Of a stretch of DNA of 44,150 nt, positions 32,523-43,620 are shown one piece after another (the stretch's first letter is position 1; every line of letters begins with the position of its first letter). A program made the translations under genes and the position numbers. Below the pieces are notes generated by a model. That model saw only the letters and a list, made by a program, of their open reading frames with translations. It did not search any database and was not told where the DNA came from. This DNA comes from Candidatus Poribacteria bacterium (GTDB lineage: Bacteria; Poribacteria; WGA-4E; UBA9662), in assembly GCA_046582655.1 (NCBI GenBank), contig JAYGDX010000209.1:1-44150 (forward strand), in the 5' to 3' direction.

Positions 32523-32710
32523 GAGGTCTGCTAGGCACAATTTAGGCCGTCGACCAAAACTAGGTTGCTCTTGCGGAAGTTTCAACATCTGTTTGAACGT
32601 ATCGTGTCTGACACCAGTCAATCGCTTAAAGTCGTCATTAGTCCGTTGAATAATTTCTTCATGTCTCATTACCCAATTATAACTCATCTTTCATTTATGC
32701 AAGAGGTCTG
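32523..32710 (-). mobile_element. IS5-family (ISL2/IS702-like) remnant: left end plus 5' transposase fragment
   Basis: MRHEEIIQRTNDDFKRLTGVRHDTFKQML...GRRPKLCLAD, then truncation. Upstream end agacctcttgcataa resembles this group's terminal inverted repeat. Confidence 0.7.
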
Positions 32711-32887
32711 ATGATTCGAAGACAAGCTTAAGATAATATACAGGATCATCAGTTTACTAGGAACCTACTTCAGGGGAATTTCCCACTCAGCAGGAGTGAC
32801 AAGAAACACATTTATGGCAAATTCAGGTATCTTGGATTAGGATATATTAGTTTCAGTAAAGCAGCAGATTCATTTCGTTAAAAGCCA

Positions 32888-35200
32888 TCATTTCAATTGG
32901 TAGCTGCTGTTCTCCTCCGCGTTGAACTGGATTAAATTCTCATCAAGTTTTTGGGCTTTAATGGCCTGATTAGCAGAATAAATTGTAATTGAGAAAGAAG
33001 TTCGAACTTGGCAGGGACCGCCAACAGTCGCTCTTATTTCAGCGCTTGAAAGTTTACCGCCTTGCCATGAGATATCGACTTCATATCCACCTCTGGCTCG
33101 TAGACCCTTGACATGTCCTTCTGACCATGCTTCAGGTAAGGCAGGCAACAGGTTGAGTTCATTATTATGACTTTGTAGCAACATCTCTGCTATACCCGCT
33201 GTTCCTCCGAAATTTCCATCAATTTGGAAGGGCGGATGCGTGCCAAAAAGATTTTTGAGCGTACATTTTGTCAATAAGTCCGTCAGGTTATTATATGCTT
33301 TTTCACCTTCTTCCAGCCGAGACCAAAAACTAACTAGCCAGGCCTTACTCCAACCAGTATGTCCACCACCATGGGCCAATCGATGTTCAAGGGATTTTCG
33401 TGTTGCTACTGCGAGTTCAGGAGTGCCACGTAATGTAATCTGTTGTCCAGGATGAAGTCCATACAGGTGAGACATATGACGATGACCGGGTTCTGGTTCA
33501 TCGTAATCTTCAATCCATTCCTGCAAACGTCCCGTCTTTTCGCTGATTTGCAGTGGTGCTAGCCGATCCAATGCAGACTCGAGTTCCTGAAGAAAATTGT
33601 GTTCGTTGTTATTTCCAATGGCGCTGATTGCATCAATGCAATTGGTAAAAAGATCCCATATAATTTGTAAATCCATTGTCGCAGCGTAAGTGAACATAGA
33701 TCGTGTTCCATCCAGCTTGGTGAAGCTATTCTCTGGTGAATGAGAAGGATTTGTTACAAGTTTGCCTGCTGCAGGTGTGCCTTCTGGCGCCTCCACCAGA
33801 AAATCAAGCATAAATCTGGCTGCCCCTTTCATCAAAGGGTAGGCGATTTCTTTAAGGAATAAGAGATCTTGACCATACAAGAAATGTTCCCATAAATGCT
33901 GGCACAACCATGCTGCACCAACAGGCCATATCCCCCAAACACCATCTGCAGGGACTGTAAATCCCCAAACATCGGAGAGATGATGAATTGTCCAACCATT
34001 TGCACCATAATGTGTTTTTGCGGTTTCACTTCCGGGTTCAACGAGGCTGCCCATTAAATCAAATAAAGGAAGATGACATTCCGCCAGATTACACACTTCG
34101 GCTAGCCAGTAATTCATTTGGATATTGATATTGGTATGAAAATCACTATTCCAAGGTGCGTTCATATGTTCGTTCCAAATTCCCTGTAGATTGGCGGGTA
34201 GGGATCCTGGACGCGAACTTCCCATCAACAAATATCGACCATATTGAAAGTAAAGTGCAAAAAGATCAGGATCTTGATTGCCGTTTTTCAGTCTTTCAAG
34301 ACGTTGGTCTGTTGGCATTTCAACTGTTTTACCAAGATTAATCTCAACACGGTGAAACAAACTTTGGTGATCCAGTATGTGATTTGTATGTAACACTTCA
34401 TAAGGTTTGATTTTAGCTTGATCTATGGCGCTTTTACATAACACTCGTGGATCAGCAGATGTATCGTTTTGATTGATATAGCTAGTGGAGGCTGTGATAA
34501 TTAAGGTGACTGTGTTCGCATTTTCAACAATTAAGTTTTCATCTTCTGTTCGTATCGACCCGCCGTTCGCAATTGCTTGCATATGGGCTTCAAATTTCAA
34601 TCCATCCTCACCTGTGTCTCCGACTAGTGCGATATGATCCTCCCCGATCAATTGGCAGTGAGCATCTTGTTCACGTGAAAGCGTTGCCATAAAGCTTATC
34701 TGTCTTGGTATGTCGCAGGATAATAGTATGACAATTACGTCGTCCGGTGCTGAGGAAAAGATTTCGCGTACATATGACACAGAATTATGATCATAGCATG
34801 TACGAACAACGCCAATATTGAGATCTAGTTCTCGGCAGTATTCCTGGCATTGATCTAGAGTATGATCGAACTTAAGACTCAAATCACCAACTGATTGATA
34901 CGATTTTATCCGTGGCGGTATTCCCATCATTTTTTCCGCGGCTAAATCTGTCGCTTCTTGGTTTCTTCCCTCGAAAAGTAATTGGCGAACTTTCGGTAAG
35001 GCATTTATCGCCTCTGGGTTGTTACGATTAAATTTATGTCCCTCCCATAGAGTGTCTTCATTGAGTTGGATTTGCTCGTGTTCCACACGTCCAAAAACCA
35101 TTGCACCAAGTCTGCCGTTACCGATAGGTAATGCTTCAATCCATTCATCCGCAGGTTGGTGATACCACAATTTGAGGTCACTTTTATCTAATTCCTTCAA
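32888..35200 (-). CDS. Glycoside hydrolase family 95 (alpha-L-fucosidase-like)
   Basis: [62 protein letters not shown] start at 35200 with AGGAGG RBS. Confidence 0.93.
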   Translation of the reverse strand: MKELDKSDLKLWYHQPADEWIEALPIGNGRLGAMVFGRVEHEQIQLNEDTLWEGHKFNRNNPEAINALPKVRQLLFEGRNQEATDLAAEKMMGIPPRIKSYQSVGDLSLKFDHTLDQCQEYCRELDLNIGVVRTCYDHNSVSYVREIFSSAPDDVIVILLSCDIPRQISFMATLSREQDAHCQLIGEDHIALVGDTGEDGLKFEAHMQAIANGGSIRTEDENLIVENANTVTLIITASTSYINQNDTSADPRVLCKSAIDQAKIKPYEVLHTNHILDHQSLFHRVEINLGKTVEMPTDQRLERLKNGNQDPDLFALYFQYGRYLLMGSSRPGSLPANLQGIWNEHMNAPWNSDFHTNINIQMNYWLAEVCNLAECHLPLFDLMGSLVEPGSETAKTHYGANGWTIHHLSDVWGFTVPADGVWGIWPVGAAWLCQHLWEHFLYGQDLLFLKEIAYPLMKGAARFMLDFLVEAPEGTPAAGKLVTNPSHSPENSFTKLDGTRSMFTYAATMDLQIIWDLFTNCIDAISAIGNNNEHNFLQELESALDRLAPLQISEKTGRLQEWIEDYDEPEPGHRHMSHLYGLHPGQQITLRGTPELAVATRKSLEHRLAHGGGHTGWSKAWLVSFWSRLEEGEKAYNNLTDLLTKCTLKNLFGTHPPFQIDGNFGGTAGIAEMLLQSHNNELNLLPALPEAWSEGHVKGLRARGGYEVDISWQGGKLSSAEIRATVGGPCQVRTSFSITIYSANQAIKAQKLDENLIQFNAEENSSYQLK

Positions 35201-35340
35201 TTCTGTCCTCCTGATTTTTAATGCGGTAGTCGAGTATAGCACAGCCCATTTTACCCAAACAATAAAATCTTGGACCTTGGCTCAAAATTGGGTTGGGTGA
35301 CTGTGGTTGTTCAGCTTGGAAATAAAAAATTGAGGAGAGA

Positions 35341-36069
35341 TTATGTGATTTGGATGAGAATAAGCGTGATATTATCAGAGCCACCATAGTGAAGTGCAGT
35401 TTCAGTAAGGGCCTTCCCAGCAGATTTGAGGTCTGGGGAGGAAATGATCAGTTCAGCGATTTCTCGATCTGAAGCAATCATATCATGCAAACCGTCTGTA
35501 CAGACAAGCAGAATGTCATCTGTGAGGATCTCAAATTGATCAGTATCCGCTACAACCGTTTGGTTCAATCCAACGGCGCGATTGATAATGTGACGGTTTG
35601 GATGGACTCGTGCCTCTTTAGCTGTGATTATACCATCGTCAACCATCTCTTGAACGTGCGAATGATCAATGGTGGTTTGGGAAATTTCACCTTGGCGAAT
35701 GAGATAAATCCGACTGTCGCCAATGTGCACATAGGAAATCAAATTGTCTTGACAAATGCCAGCAATTAACGTGGTTCCCATACCATGCCGATTTGGATGC
35801 GCTTTTGACTCGGTGTATATTCGGGTGTTTGCAGCTACTACTAGCTGATTGATTATGTTTGCCTTTTTGGAAATGGAGAGATCGGTTGAGGAAAATGATT
35901 CAGTCCATTCACGGAATACATCAACAGCCAATTGGCTTGCGATATTACCTGCGTTATGACCGCCCATTCCGTCGGCAATAACGAATAGACTGATCTTATC
36001 ATCAATTAAGTAGCAATCCTCATTGTGACTACGGCGCTTACCGACGTCTGTTTGCGCAACAAACTTCAT
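35341..36069 (-). CDS. PP2C-type Ser/Thr protein phosphatase (Stp1/PrpC family)
   Basis: TDVG..R..NED, ADGMGGH, MGTT, HIGDSR, TDGL, GGSDNIT. Confidence 0.94.
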   Translation of the reverse strand: MKFVAQTDVGKRRSHNEDCYLIDDKISLFVIADGMGGHNAGNIASQLAVDVFREWTESFSSTDLSISKKANIINQLVVAANTRIYTESKAHPNRHGMGTTLIAGICQDNLISYVHIGDSRIYLIRQGEISQTTIDHSHVQEMVDDGIITAKEARVHPNRHIINRAVGLNQTVVADTDQFEILTDDILLVCTDGLHDMIASDREIAELIISSPDLKSAGKALTETALHYGGSDNITLILIQIT

Positions 36070-36323
36070 TATGTTTTTTCAACACTGTTTTTTTAATTAA
36101 AAAAACGTGAAGTTCCCTACTGCAGTTTCATTCAACCGAGACTTAATATGAACAGTACTCCCTGGTTATAGGAAGTTTGAAAATTGTAATGACTCTTTAT
36201 ACTATGTGAAATTGGATCCTGCTCAACTGTGGTGGTTAGTGAAATAACAATGATAGTGTAAATCAACGCTAGAATTTGATATCCAGATTATCAACCCTCT
36301 GGGATAGTGCTATCACTATATAT

Positions 36324-37148
36324 TTAAATAAATAACTCGATCCTTGATCGCTGATTGAGGTCTGGGATGACTTGCTCAATTTGTTGTTGAATGAGGTGTG
36401 TAGAATAGCGTTGGGAGAAGTGTGTAAGGACAATTTTATCACCATTAAAGCTTTCAACTAGTCCAGTCAAAGAATCAAGATGGAAATGCTTTGTTTTTTT
36501 AGCCCGTTGTCGATCCTCAGGCAATAAAAAAGTACATTCACATATCAGAATTTGGCAGCGACTTAGTAGTGGATGGGTGTCCATTGAAACTAATTGAGTG
36601 TCACCTAAATAAGCGATAAGCGGTAATTCGATTTGGTTTGTGATCGGAATTCCAGCTTTTCTTAGCTTGGCGATTTCAGATCCAGATCGTCCGTGGTATT
36701 CCGGTTTAAGCTTGTCTCGAATTTCACAAACCACGTATCCAATGGCGGGGATGGTATGATTAACCGCTATAGCATGGACTATCAAATTCCTGCGAAACGG
36801 AATTCGATCGCCAATTTTTACTGGTATGAGGTGATAATTCCAAATTTGTTGGCTATCAAGTTTGGCAATACTGTCAAGGATATTTTGAAGTTGCTTTATC
36901 CCTCCTTCAGGCACAAAAATTTCACCGGGAGGTATGTTAGAAAGCCAACGTTGACTGACGTAGATTGGCAATCCAAAATAATGGTCAAGGTGAAAATGTG
37001 TGATAAATACATGATTCGTTCCAATGAAGCTTATTGGACACCGTCCTAGGTCAAAGATTAAGTCTAGCTCTTTAACGCGTAGGTATGTTGCCAACCCACC
37101 AATCGATTTCCCTTCAATAGTTAAGTTGCCACAGTTCAGTGAAATCAT
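36324..37148 (-). CDS. Metallo-beta-lactamase fold hydrolase, RNase Z-like
   Basis: THFHLDH, NHTIPAIGY, KLKPEY exosite-like segment, YLGDT, ECTF, LTHFSQRY. Confidence 0.85.
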   Translation of the reverse strand: MISLNCGNLTIEGKSIGGLATYLRVKELDLIFDLGRCPISFIGTNHVFITHFHLDHYFGLPIYVSQRWLSNIPPGEIFVPEGGIKQLQNILDSIAKLDSQQIWNYHLIPVKIGDRIPFRRNLIVHAIAVNHTIPAIGYVVCEIRDKLKPEYHGRSGSEIAKLRKAGIPITNQIELPLIAYLGDTQLVSMDTHPLLSRCQILICECTFLLPEDRQRAKKTKHFHLDSLTGLVESFNGDKIVLTHFSQRYSTHLIQQQIEQVIPDLNQRSRIELFI

Positions 37149-37282
37149 TTACATTTTAATTGCAATTTGGAGTAATACAATTCAGTCTCAAGCCTTTTTC
37201 TACTTCTTGGTTACCACTTAGGTTATCATTACAAAATATCGTCTACTAACAAAGCTTATTGTAACATAAAAAGGGGGAGCAT

Positions 37283-38143
37283 ATGACTGTAGATATCGGT
37301 GTCATAGGTGGTTCGGGATTTTACCAGATGGAAGGCTTGAGTGAGGTTGAGAGCGTTGCGATTGATACCCCGTTTGGAAAACCGAGTAGTGTTTTGACTA
37401 TCGGCATGGTTGAAGGGCAGCGTGTGGCCTTTCTGCCAAGGCATGGTGTTGGCCACTTATTATTGCCATCCGAAGTAAACGTTAGAGCGAACATTTATTC
37501 ACTTAAAAGTATTGGTGTTAAATGGCTGATTTCCATCAGCGCGGTTGGAAGTTTGAAAGAAGAAATTGAGCCTCGGCATTTCGTGATACCAGATCAGCTT
37601 TATGATCATACCAAAAATAGGACTTCAACTTTCTTTGGAGAGGGTATGGTTGCTCATGTCAGCTTTGCACAGCCATTTTGTCCGATTCTTAGCCGCCTGA
37701 TTTATGAGAGTACAATAAAGGCTGAAGCAACTGCTCATCGAGGAGGAACATACATTTGTATGGAAGGTCCGGCTTTCTCCACTCTGGCAGAATCGAGACT
37801 TTATCGGCAATTCGGATTCGACGTGATTGGCATGACGGCAGCACCTGAAGCGAAGCTAGCACGTGAAGCCGAGATCAGCTATGCAGTTTTGGCCTGTTCA
37901 ACCGACTATGATTGTTGGCATCCGGATCATGACACTGTTACCACTGAAATGATTATCGAAAACCTAGTTGCCAATGTTGAAACTGCAAAACAGATTGTTA
38001 AGTTCACAATCTCCTCAATTCCGGATGGGAATGAGGACAGCCCAGCCTATAGAGCACTTGAAAAATCGGTCGCTACCAATCTTGATGTTATTTCCGATAA
38101 GATAAAGAAGAAATTAGACTTAATTATAGGGGGATATTTGTAA
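37283..38143 (+). CDS. mtnP: S-methyl-5'-thioadenosine phosphorylase
   Basis: IGGSG, TPFGKPS, FLPRHG, EGPAFST.AES, GMT..PEAKLAREA, TDYDCW. Confidence 0.93.
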   Translation: MTVDIGVIGGSGFYQMEGLSEVESVAIDTPFGKPSSVLTIGMVEGQRVAFLPRHGVGHLLLPSEVNVRANIYSLKSIGVKWLISISAVGSLKEEIEPRHFVIPDQLYDHTKNRTSTFFGEGMVAHVSFAQPFCPILSRLIYESTIKAEATAHRGGTYICMEGPAFSTLAESRLYRQFGFDVIGMTAAPEAKLAREAEISYAVLACSTDYDCWHPDHDTVTTEMIIENLVANVETAKQIVKFTISSIPDGNEDSPAYRALEKSVATNLDVISDKIKKKLDLIIGGYL

Positions 38144-38163
38144 TATTACTAAACAAGATAGAG

Positions 38164-38192
38164 TTGAAAGGTATTCTCATTTATGTTAAGCT
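38164..38192 (+). promoter_or_regulatory. Putative sigma70 promoter for the 38250-43427 gene run
   Basis: TTGAAA-17 nt-TAAGCT with extended -10 TG. Confidence 0.45.
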
Positions 38193-38249
38193 ACCACGCA
38201 GTGTGAGTGTGTTGATTTTCCTATATAAACTTAAATAGAGGGGTTATAT

Positions 38250-39026
38250 ATGAAGCTGGGGTTATGCACGATTGCTTTTCGAGATCGGCCGTTGGAAGAG
38301 GTGATCTCAATTGCTACCGATTATGGTTTTGACGGGATTGAAATTTGGGGTCAGGAACCACATATGCCGGCGACATACGATTCGGAATACATAGAGAAAG
38401 TCAGAAAGCTTACTGAAGAAAAAGACTTAGAGATTTCAGCGTATGGATCGTACGTTAATCCACTTCTGGATAGGCACCAACAGCATTTTGAAGAGGCGTA
38501 CAAAATCGCGGACGGTTTGGGTACGGATATTGTACGAGTATGGTCAAAAGGTGGAAGCTCAAAATCGATAACATCTGACATCAAGCAAACAATCTTTTTT
38601 CGCTTTGTCAGTTTAGCGCACTGGGCGCAGTTCCGGGATCTTACACTTGGATTGGAAATGCATAACAATAATTTTACCGATAGCATAGATAGTATACTCG
38701 AGCTTTTTGAATACGTTCGACTGCCAGCAATTAAGACCTACTTCCAACCCTCATTTCGGTCGGACGCGGATGATCCATATGAGGCAGTTGAAAAGCTTGG
38801 ATCCCATATCGTCAATGTGCATGCGCAAAATGCTGATGCTGGTGGTCAAGGCTGTGCGGTTGCTGATGGCGTTGTTGACTATGAAAAAGTTGTTCAGAAA
38901 CTGGTAGACGTCGGATACGATGGTTACATCGAAATTGAGTTTTTACACGGTGAAGACAAACTTGAAGCCCTTCAGCGTGACCGTGATTATCTCGCCAGCT
39001 TGATCGATACAATTGAGGTATCATAA
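38250..39026 (+). CDS. Sugar phosphate isomerase/epimerase family (xylose isomerase-like TIM barrel)
   Basis: GFDGIEIW, LEMH, NVHAQ, GYDGYIEIE. Confidence 0.85.
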   Translation: MKLGLCTIAFRDRPLEEVISIATDYGFDGIEIWGQEPHMPATYDSEYIEKVRKLTEEKDLEISAYGSYVNPLLDRHQQHFEEAYKIADGLGTDIVRVWSKGGSSKSITSDIKQTIFFRFVSLAHWAQFRDLTLGLEMHNNNFTDSIDSILELFEYVRLPAIKTYFQPSFRSDADDPYEAVEKLGSHIVNVHAQNADAGGQGCAVADGVVDYEKVVQKLVDVGYDGYIEIEFLHGEDKLEALQRDRDYLASLIDTIEVS

Positions 39027-39073
39027 CCCCTTCAATTACCAACCATTAATCTAATTGGGCATTTGGGTGTCAG

Positions 39074-40003
39074 ATGAATAGATGTGAATCGGGGGGATTT
39101 GATTTTTCAAAGTATCCTATCCTTCAGCAAATTGGTAATACGCCTTTGGTTGAACTACATCTGTTTGATGATCAGTTTCCGGATGTGGAGTTTTTTGCCA
39201 AAGTGGAAATGTTCAACCCAGGAGGTTCGATTAAGGATAGACCTGCGCTGAGAATGATTACCGAAGCGATTCAAAGTGGTGAATTGGCATTAGATACGAC
39301 CATTCTCGACTCTACTTCTGGTAACGCTGGGATTGCGTACGCCATGATTGGTGGAGTCTTAGGTTATCGGGTCGAGTTAGTTATGCCGGACAATGCCAGC
39401 GAAGAACGTAAGAAGCGGATCGCAAAGCATGGCGCAAATATTGTTTTTACCGATGCAATTCAAGGCTATGATGAAGCCATGCGGGAAGCCCATAGGCGCT
39501 ACATTGCTTTACCAGATAAGTATTTTATGATTGATCAATATGAAAATGATAATAACTGGCTTGCGCATTATCATACCACAGCAATCGAGATCTTGGAGCA
39601 AACTCAAGGAGAATTAACACATTTCGTGGCTGGTGTTGGAACAGGCGGTACAATTACTGGTGTGGGACGGCGTTTGAAAGAATTCAGCAAGGATATCCAG
39701 ATATGTTGCGTGACTCCTGATGAATTCCCGGGTATCGAAGGGTTAAAACCACTTGGTAGTCCTGAATACATTGTCCCCAAGATCTATGATGACAGTGTTG
39801 TGGATCAAAAAATCCCAATCTCTATTGATCAAGCTTACGACATGTGTAACATTTTGGCAAGACATGGATGGTTTGTCGGCCAGTCTTCCGGGGCATATAT
39901 GCAAGCCACTTATGAAGTCGCCAAGCATATTCGGAAAGGGAAAATCGTTACCATTTTCTGTGATCTAGGGGAACGGTACTTCAGTACACGGCTTTGGGAT
40001 TAA
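39074..40003 (+). CDS. PLP-dependent cysteine synthase family protein (CysM-like)
   Basis: IGNTPLV, NPGGSIKDR, TSGNAG, GVGTGGT, GQSSGA, D.GERYFST. Confidence 0.88.
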   Translation: MNRCESGGFDFSKYPILQQIGNTPLVELHLFDDQFPDVEFFAKVEMFNPGGSIKDRPALRMITEAIQSGELALDTTILDSTSGNAGIAYAMIGGVLGYRVELVMPDNASEERKKRIAKHGANIVFTDAIQGYDEAMREAHRRYIALPDKYFMIDQYENDNNWLAHYHTTAIEILEQTQGELTHFVAGVGTGGTITGVGRRLKEFSKDIQICCVTPDEFPGIEGLKPLGSPEYIVPKIYDDSVVDQKIPISIDQAYDMCNILARHGWFVGQSSGAYMQATYEVAKHIRKGKIVTIFCDLGERYFSTRLWD

Positions 40004-40031
40004 ACATCGTTAACCTAAGAGAAAGGACTTT

Positions 40032-41345
40032 ATGGCAGAAGTTGTACCGTTTTGTGGATTGCGATACAATCCGGAGAAAATTGGTAATATTTCAGAAGTC
40101 ATTGCCCCTCCCTATGATGTAATTAACGCTGATGATAGAATTCAACTCCAAGAACAGAATCAGTATAACATCGTTCGCCTCATCCTGAGCCAACCCAGTA
40201 ACCAAGATACGGAAGCTAACAACCAATATACGCGGGCTGCAAAACAGATGCAGCACTGGATTGATGATAGTATCCTCGTACAGGATGCTACACCCTGTTA
40301 TTACGTCTATGATCAGTCTTTTACCACTCCGGAAGAGAAAGCCTACACACGAAGGGCATTAATTGCTATCGGAAAGTTGGAAGAATTTAAGAATCGAGTG
40401 ATTCTCCCACACGAGAAGACGCTGACAGCCCCTAAATTGGATCGGCTTAATTTAATGCGCCAAACCCATGCCAATTTGAGCCCGATTTTTCTTTTGTATT
40501 CTGATTTGGAAGGAATTGTCGAAAGTGAAATGGAAAGTTATACGTCTGTAACCTCTCCGTTAATTGATACACCTGAGAAATTTGGAGCCACTCATCGTAT
40601 GTGGCGGATCGAAGATGATAAAATCAATCGTCGGATCAAGGCAACTTTCATTTCCAGAACGCTGTTGATTGCAGATGGCCATCATCGGTATGAAACGTCG
40701 TTGGCTTTTCGTAGCGAAGTTCGAGAGCAAGTTGAAATGGAATCGGGAGAATGGTCCGGCACTGAGGGGCACAATTATGTTATGATGAATCTAGTTCGGA
40801 TGGAATCAGACGGGTTGGCGGTCTTGCCAATTAATCGGCTCCTACATAAACTTGACCCAAATCTGGTTTCGGAAGCACTTGGAAGATTAACTGATTATTT
40901 CGATGTCACCGAATGTGCTAGCCTTAGCCAACTTAGAGGGAATTTAGGCAAATTCTCTGATAAACAACCGGCTTTCGGTATTTATACGGGAAATCAAGAT
41001 TACCGTTTGCTTCTCGCACCAACATCGGATCCAAATGCATCTTGTCTTGATCAGCTTGATGTTAAGATTCTGCATGATCAGATTGTCAATAGACTATTTG
41101 GTCTTGATATCACCGTTCCCGAAGATCAGAAAAAGATTAGCTATAAAGCCGATACTTTCCAAGCAGTTGAAATGGTTAGGTCAGGTGAACGTCAAGTCGC
41201 GCTTTTGATGAATCCAACGTCTATTAATCATGTCAATGAAGTTGCTCTGGACGGAAAAACGATGCCGCAAAAATCGACCTTTTTTTACCCAAAGTTGGCT
41301 ACAGGAATAACCCTCAATTTGTTAAATAGTCCAATTCTCATCTAG
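40032..41345 (+). CDS. DUF1015 family protein
   Basis: APPYDVI, PHEKT, IADGHHRYET, MPQKSTFFYPKL. Confidence 0.9.
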   Translation: MAEVVPFCGLRYNPEKIGNISEVIAPPYDVINADDRIQLQEQNQYNIVRLILSQPSNQDTEANNQYTRAAKQMQHWIDDSILVQDATPCYYVYDQSFTTPEEKAYTRRALIAIGKLEEFKNRVILPHEKTLTAPKLDRLNLMRQTHANLSPIFLLYSDLEGIVESEMESYTSVTSPLIDTPEKFGATHRMWRIEDDKINRRIKATFISRTLLIADGHHRYETSLAFRSEVREQVEMESGEWSGTEGHNYVMMNLVRMESDGLAVLPINRLLHKLDPNLVSEALGRLTDYFDVTECASLSQLRGNLGKFSDKQPAFGIYTGNQDYRLLLAPTSDPNASCLDQLDVKILHDQIVNRLFGLDITVPEDQKKISYKADTFQAVEMVRSGERQVALLMNPTSINHVNEVALDGKTMPQKSTFFYPKLATGITLNLLNSPILI

Positions 41346-41354
41346 GTAAGCGCT

Positions 41355-42170
41355 ATGAAGGCTAGTTTGGGATCTAAATCGGTAATAGAGTTGTTCTCAA
41401 TTGGCACTGAGTTGACTCTAGGACAAATCCAAGATACAAATGCGCACTGGATTGCCCAAAAAACTTTTCAACTTGGTGGGAGAATACGGAGAATTTCTAT
41501 GCTTCGTGATGAGTTTGGTGAGATGCAGGAAGCGGTACAGGATTCGACTGAACGCCAAACGGATCTCATCATCACAACTGGTGGACTTGGACCAACCCCA
41601 GATGATATGACGGTAGAAATGGTTGCCAAAGTGATGGGGAAAGATGTAACCGTCGACCAATCTACTATCCAGAATTACATGGAGAGACGTCAACTTCGCG
41701 ATCGATCTGAAGTTAGTGAATCACTAATCAAAATGGCAACTGTACCGGAAACAGCTACCGTATTTCAAAATCCGGTTGGATGGGCTCCTTGTATCTCTGT
41801 TGACGTGGATCAATCCACTATCATGATGATGCCAGGCCCCCCACGTGAAATGCGGACAGTTTTTGAGGCCTATGTTGCACCAATAATTTCGGAAAAATTT
41901 AGTGCTACAGGAGCATCTGTTCGAGTATATGTTGACTTGCACGAATCGGGTGTTTCACCGTTAATGCAGCAAGTAATGGAGAAATTCCCTAAGGTTTATG
42001 TTAAGGCGTATGTAGCTTTGCGTGAAGAAAATCGAGGGATGCCTATTGACATCGTGACAACAAGTTCAAACCAAGCGGATGCAGAACTCTTACTCCAGGA
42101 GTCCGTCAATTATTTTCGTGAAATCGTTACCTCGCAGGGAAATTCGTTTCTCATTGAAACAAAAAAATAA
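41355..42170 (+). CDS. CinA N-terminal (MocF/COG1058) domain protein lacking a PncC domain
   Basis: IGTEL..G...DTNAHW, TTGGLGPTPDDMT, MPGPPREM. Confidence 0.85.
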   Translation: MKASLGSKSVIELFSIGTELTLGQIQDTNAHWIAQKTFQLGGRIRRISMLRDEFGEMQEAVQDSTERQTDLIITTGGLGPTPDDMTVEMVAKVMGKDVTVDQSTIQNYMERRQLRDRSEVSESLIKMATVPETATVFQNPVGWAPCISVDVDQSTIMMMPGPPREMRTVFEAYVAPIISEKFSATGASVRVYVDLHESGVSPLMQQVMEKFPKVYVKAYVALREENRGMPIDIVTTSSNQADAELLLQESVNYFREIVTSQGNSFLIETKK

Positions 42171-42200
42171 GTCAAACACGGTAGGAATAAGGAGAACAAG

Positions 42201-42554
42201 TTGAGCAGAAAGAAGAGACCCTTTAAAAAGAAAACCGGCGGTTTTCGACCGCAAAGTAACAGGCGCAAAAAAAAGAAAAAAACTATTGCAGCCGATGTAG
42301 TTGAACAGGCAAGAGACGAAAACGAGCAGGATTCCAAGTCAAAACAGAATAAAATTGAGGTAGAGGGGACGGTTACCGAACCCTTACCAAATGCCACTTT
42401 TCGAGTTGAACTTGAGAACAAACACGAGGTCTTGGCACATATCTGTGGTCGTATGCGTAAGCATTTTATCCGTATTTTGCCGGGTGACAGTGTTACAGTT
42501 GAACTATCACCTTACGATTTAACTCGTGGGCGTATTACCTATCGAAAGAAATAG
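42201..42554 (+). CDS. infA: Translation initiation factor IF-1 with N-terminal extension
   Basis: [59 protein letters not shown] start with AAGGAG RBS. Confidence 0.93.
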   Translation: MSRKKRPFKKKTGGFRPQSNRRKKKKKTIAADVVEQARDENEQDSKSKQNKIEVEGTVTEPLPNATFRVELENKHEVLAHICGRMRKHFIRILPGDSVTVELSPYDLTRGRITYRKK

Positions 42555-42569
42555 TGGCCTGGTCCTATC

Positions 42570-43427
42570 ATGCCCGACACTGCCTTAGTTTTTACTAAAA
42601 ACCGTGATCAGGTTAAAATTGAGGAGCTCCAACTCGATCTCCAAGCAAAACGTCAACAAGTTGCAGAAATGACGCTTGATCTTGAAGACTTGAAACTTGA
42701 GATGCGTCATTTCCAAAAGGAATATAACCTCCGTGTAGCAGGTACGTATGTCGAGCTTGATAGGGTGGATCTCTCAATGAAAGAATATCGCCTTCGTTTG
42801 CGTCTGATTCGGGAAGGTGTATGCCGAGCGGAGATTGAAGAACGTGTTGTATCCTGTTTTAAATCGGAGCGGCAACGCTTGGAAAACTATGAAAGAGATG
42901 CGATGGAGCATGAGAAAGAAAGCGGAGAGGATAGCAATAGACAGAAACTTTCTATCCGTCAAGCGAAGCAAATTCGAAAACTATATCTCGAGCTTGCCAA
43001 AATCTATCATCCAGATAAATCAGCCGGGGGGGAGCAGGACTACGAACGGCAAAAACAGATGATGACCATCATCAATCGGGCTTATGAAGATCAAGATATC
43101 GATACGCTTAAACGTATGAGTGTGGAATCAGTTGATGAAATTGAGCTGCACAACCAAACTTTTTCTGAGAAAAAAAAGCAACTAACGCAACAGCTTAATT
43201 GTGTAATGCGCTCTGTTGGAGACTTGCGGTTGGAGATTAATCGTATTAAATCAGGCGAAATATACCAGCTGAAACGAGAGGTCAGTAAGACCCGAGAAAA
43301 AGGTGTTGATCTAATTGCTAATCTTGTTAAAGACATTCAGAGAAGGGTTAACGCAAATCAGCGTAAACTTACTGATCTCATCAGCATTTTTCAACAATTA
43401 TCAGCCCGGTCTCAACCGATGGATTAG
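42570..43427 (+). CDS. Coiled-coil protein with internal J-domain (DnaJ-like)
   Basis: IRKLYLELAKIYHPDK...MTIINRAYE flanked by long heptad helices. Confidence 0.82.
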   Translation: MPDTALVFTKNRDQVKIEELQLDLQAKRQQVAEMTLDLEDLKLEMRHFQKEYNLRVAGTYVELDRVDLSMKEYRLRLRLIREGVCRAEIEERVVSCFKSERQRLENYERDAMEHEKESGEDSNRQKLSIRQAKQIRKLYLELAKIYHPDKSAGGEQDYERQKQMMTIINRAYEDQDIDTLKRMSVESVDEIELHNQTFSEKKKQLTQQLNCVMRSVGDLRLEINRIKSGEIYQLKREVSKTREKGVDLIANLVKDIQRRVNANQRKLTDLISIFQQLSARSQPMD

Positions 43428-43620
43428 ACCAGCTAACAGTATCCCACCAGCTTAGCATCATAATCAATTGAATAACTACAAGCATAAAAAGGTTCTCCCG
43501 CATGAGCTATGAAACTCATCAGGATTCTAGCTGAGCCGTAACATAAATTCTTTGGAATATGTCAAGCCATAGCTTGAATCAATCTTTAAACTGGTTCTTG
43601 GTTTTATCCACATACCATCT

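Noticed and set aside
31688..32687. ORF-track proteins of 136, 131 and 73 aa as real genes
   Set aside because: They are frame mosaics of the IS, LamG and PhyH remnants.
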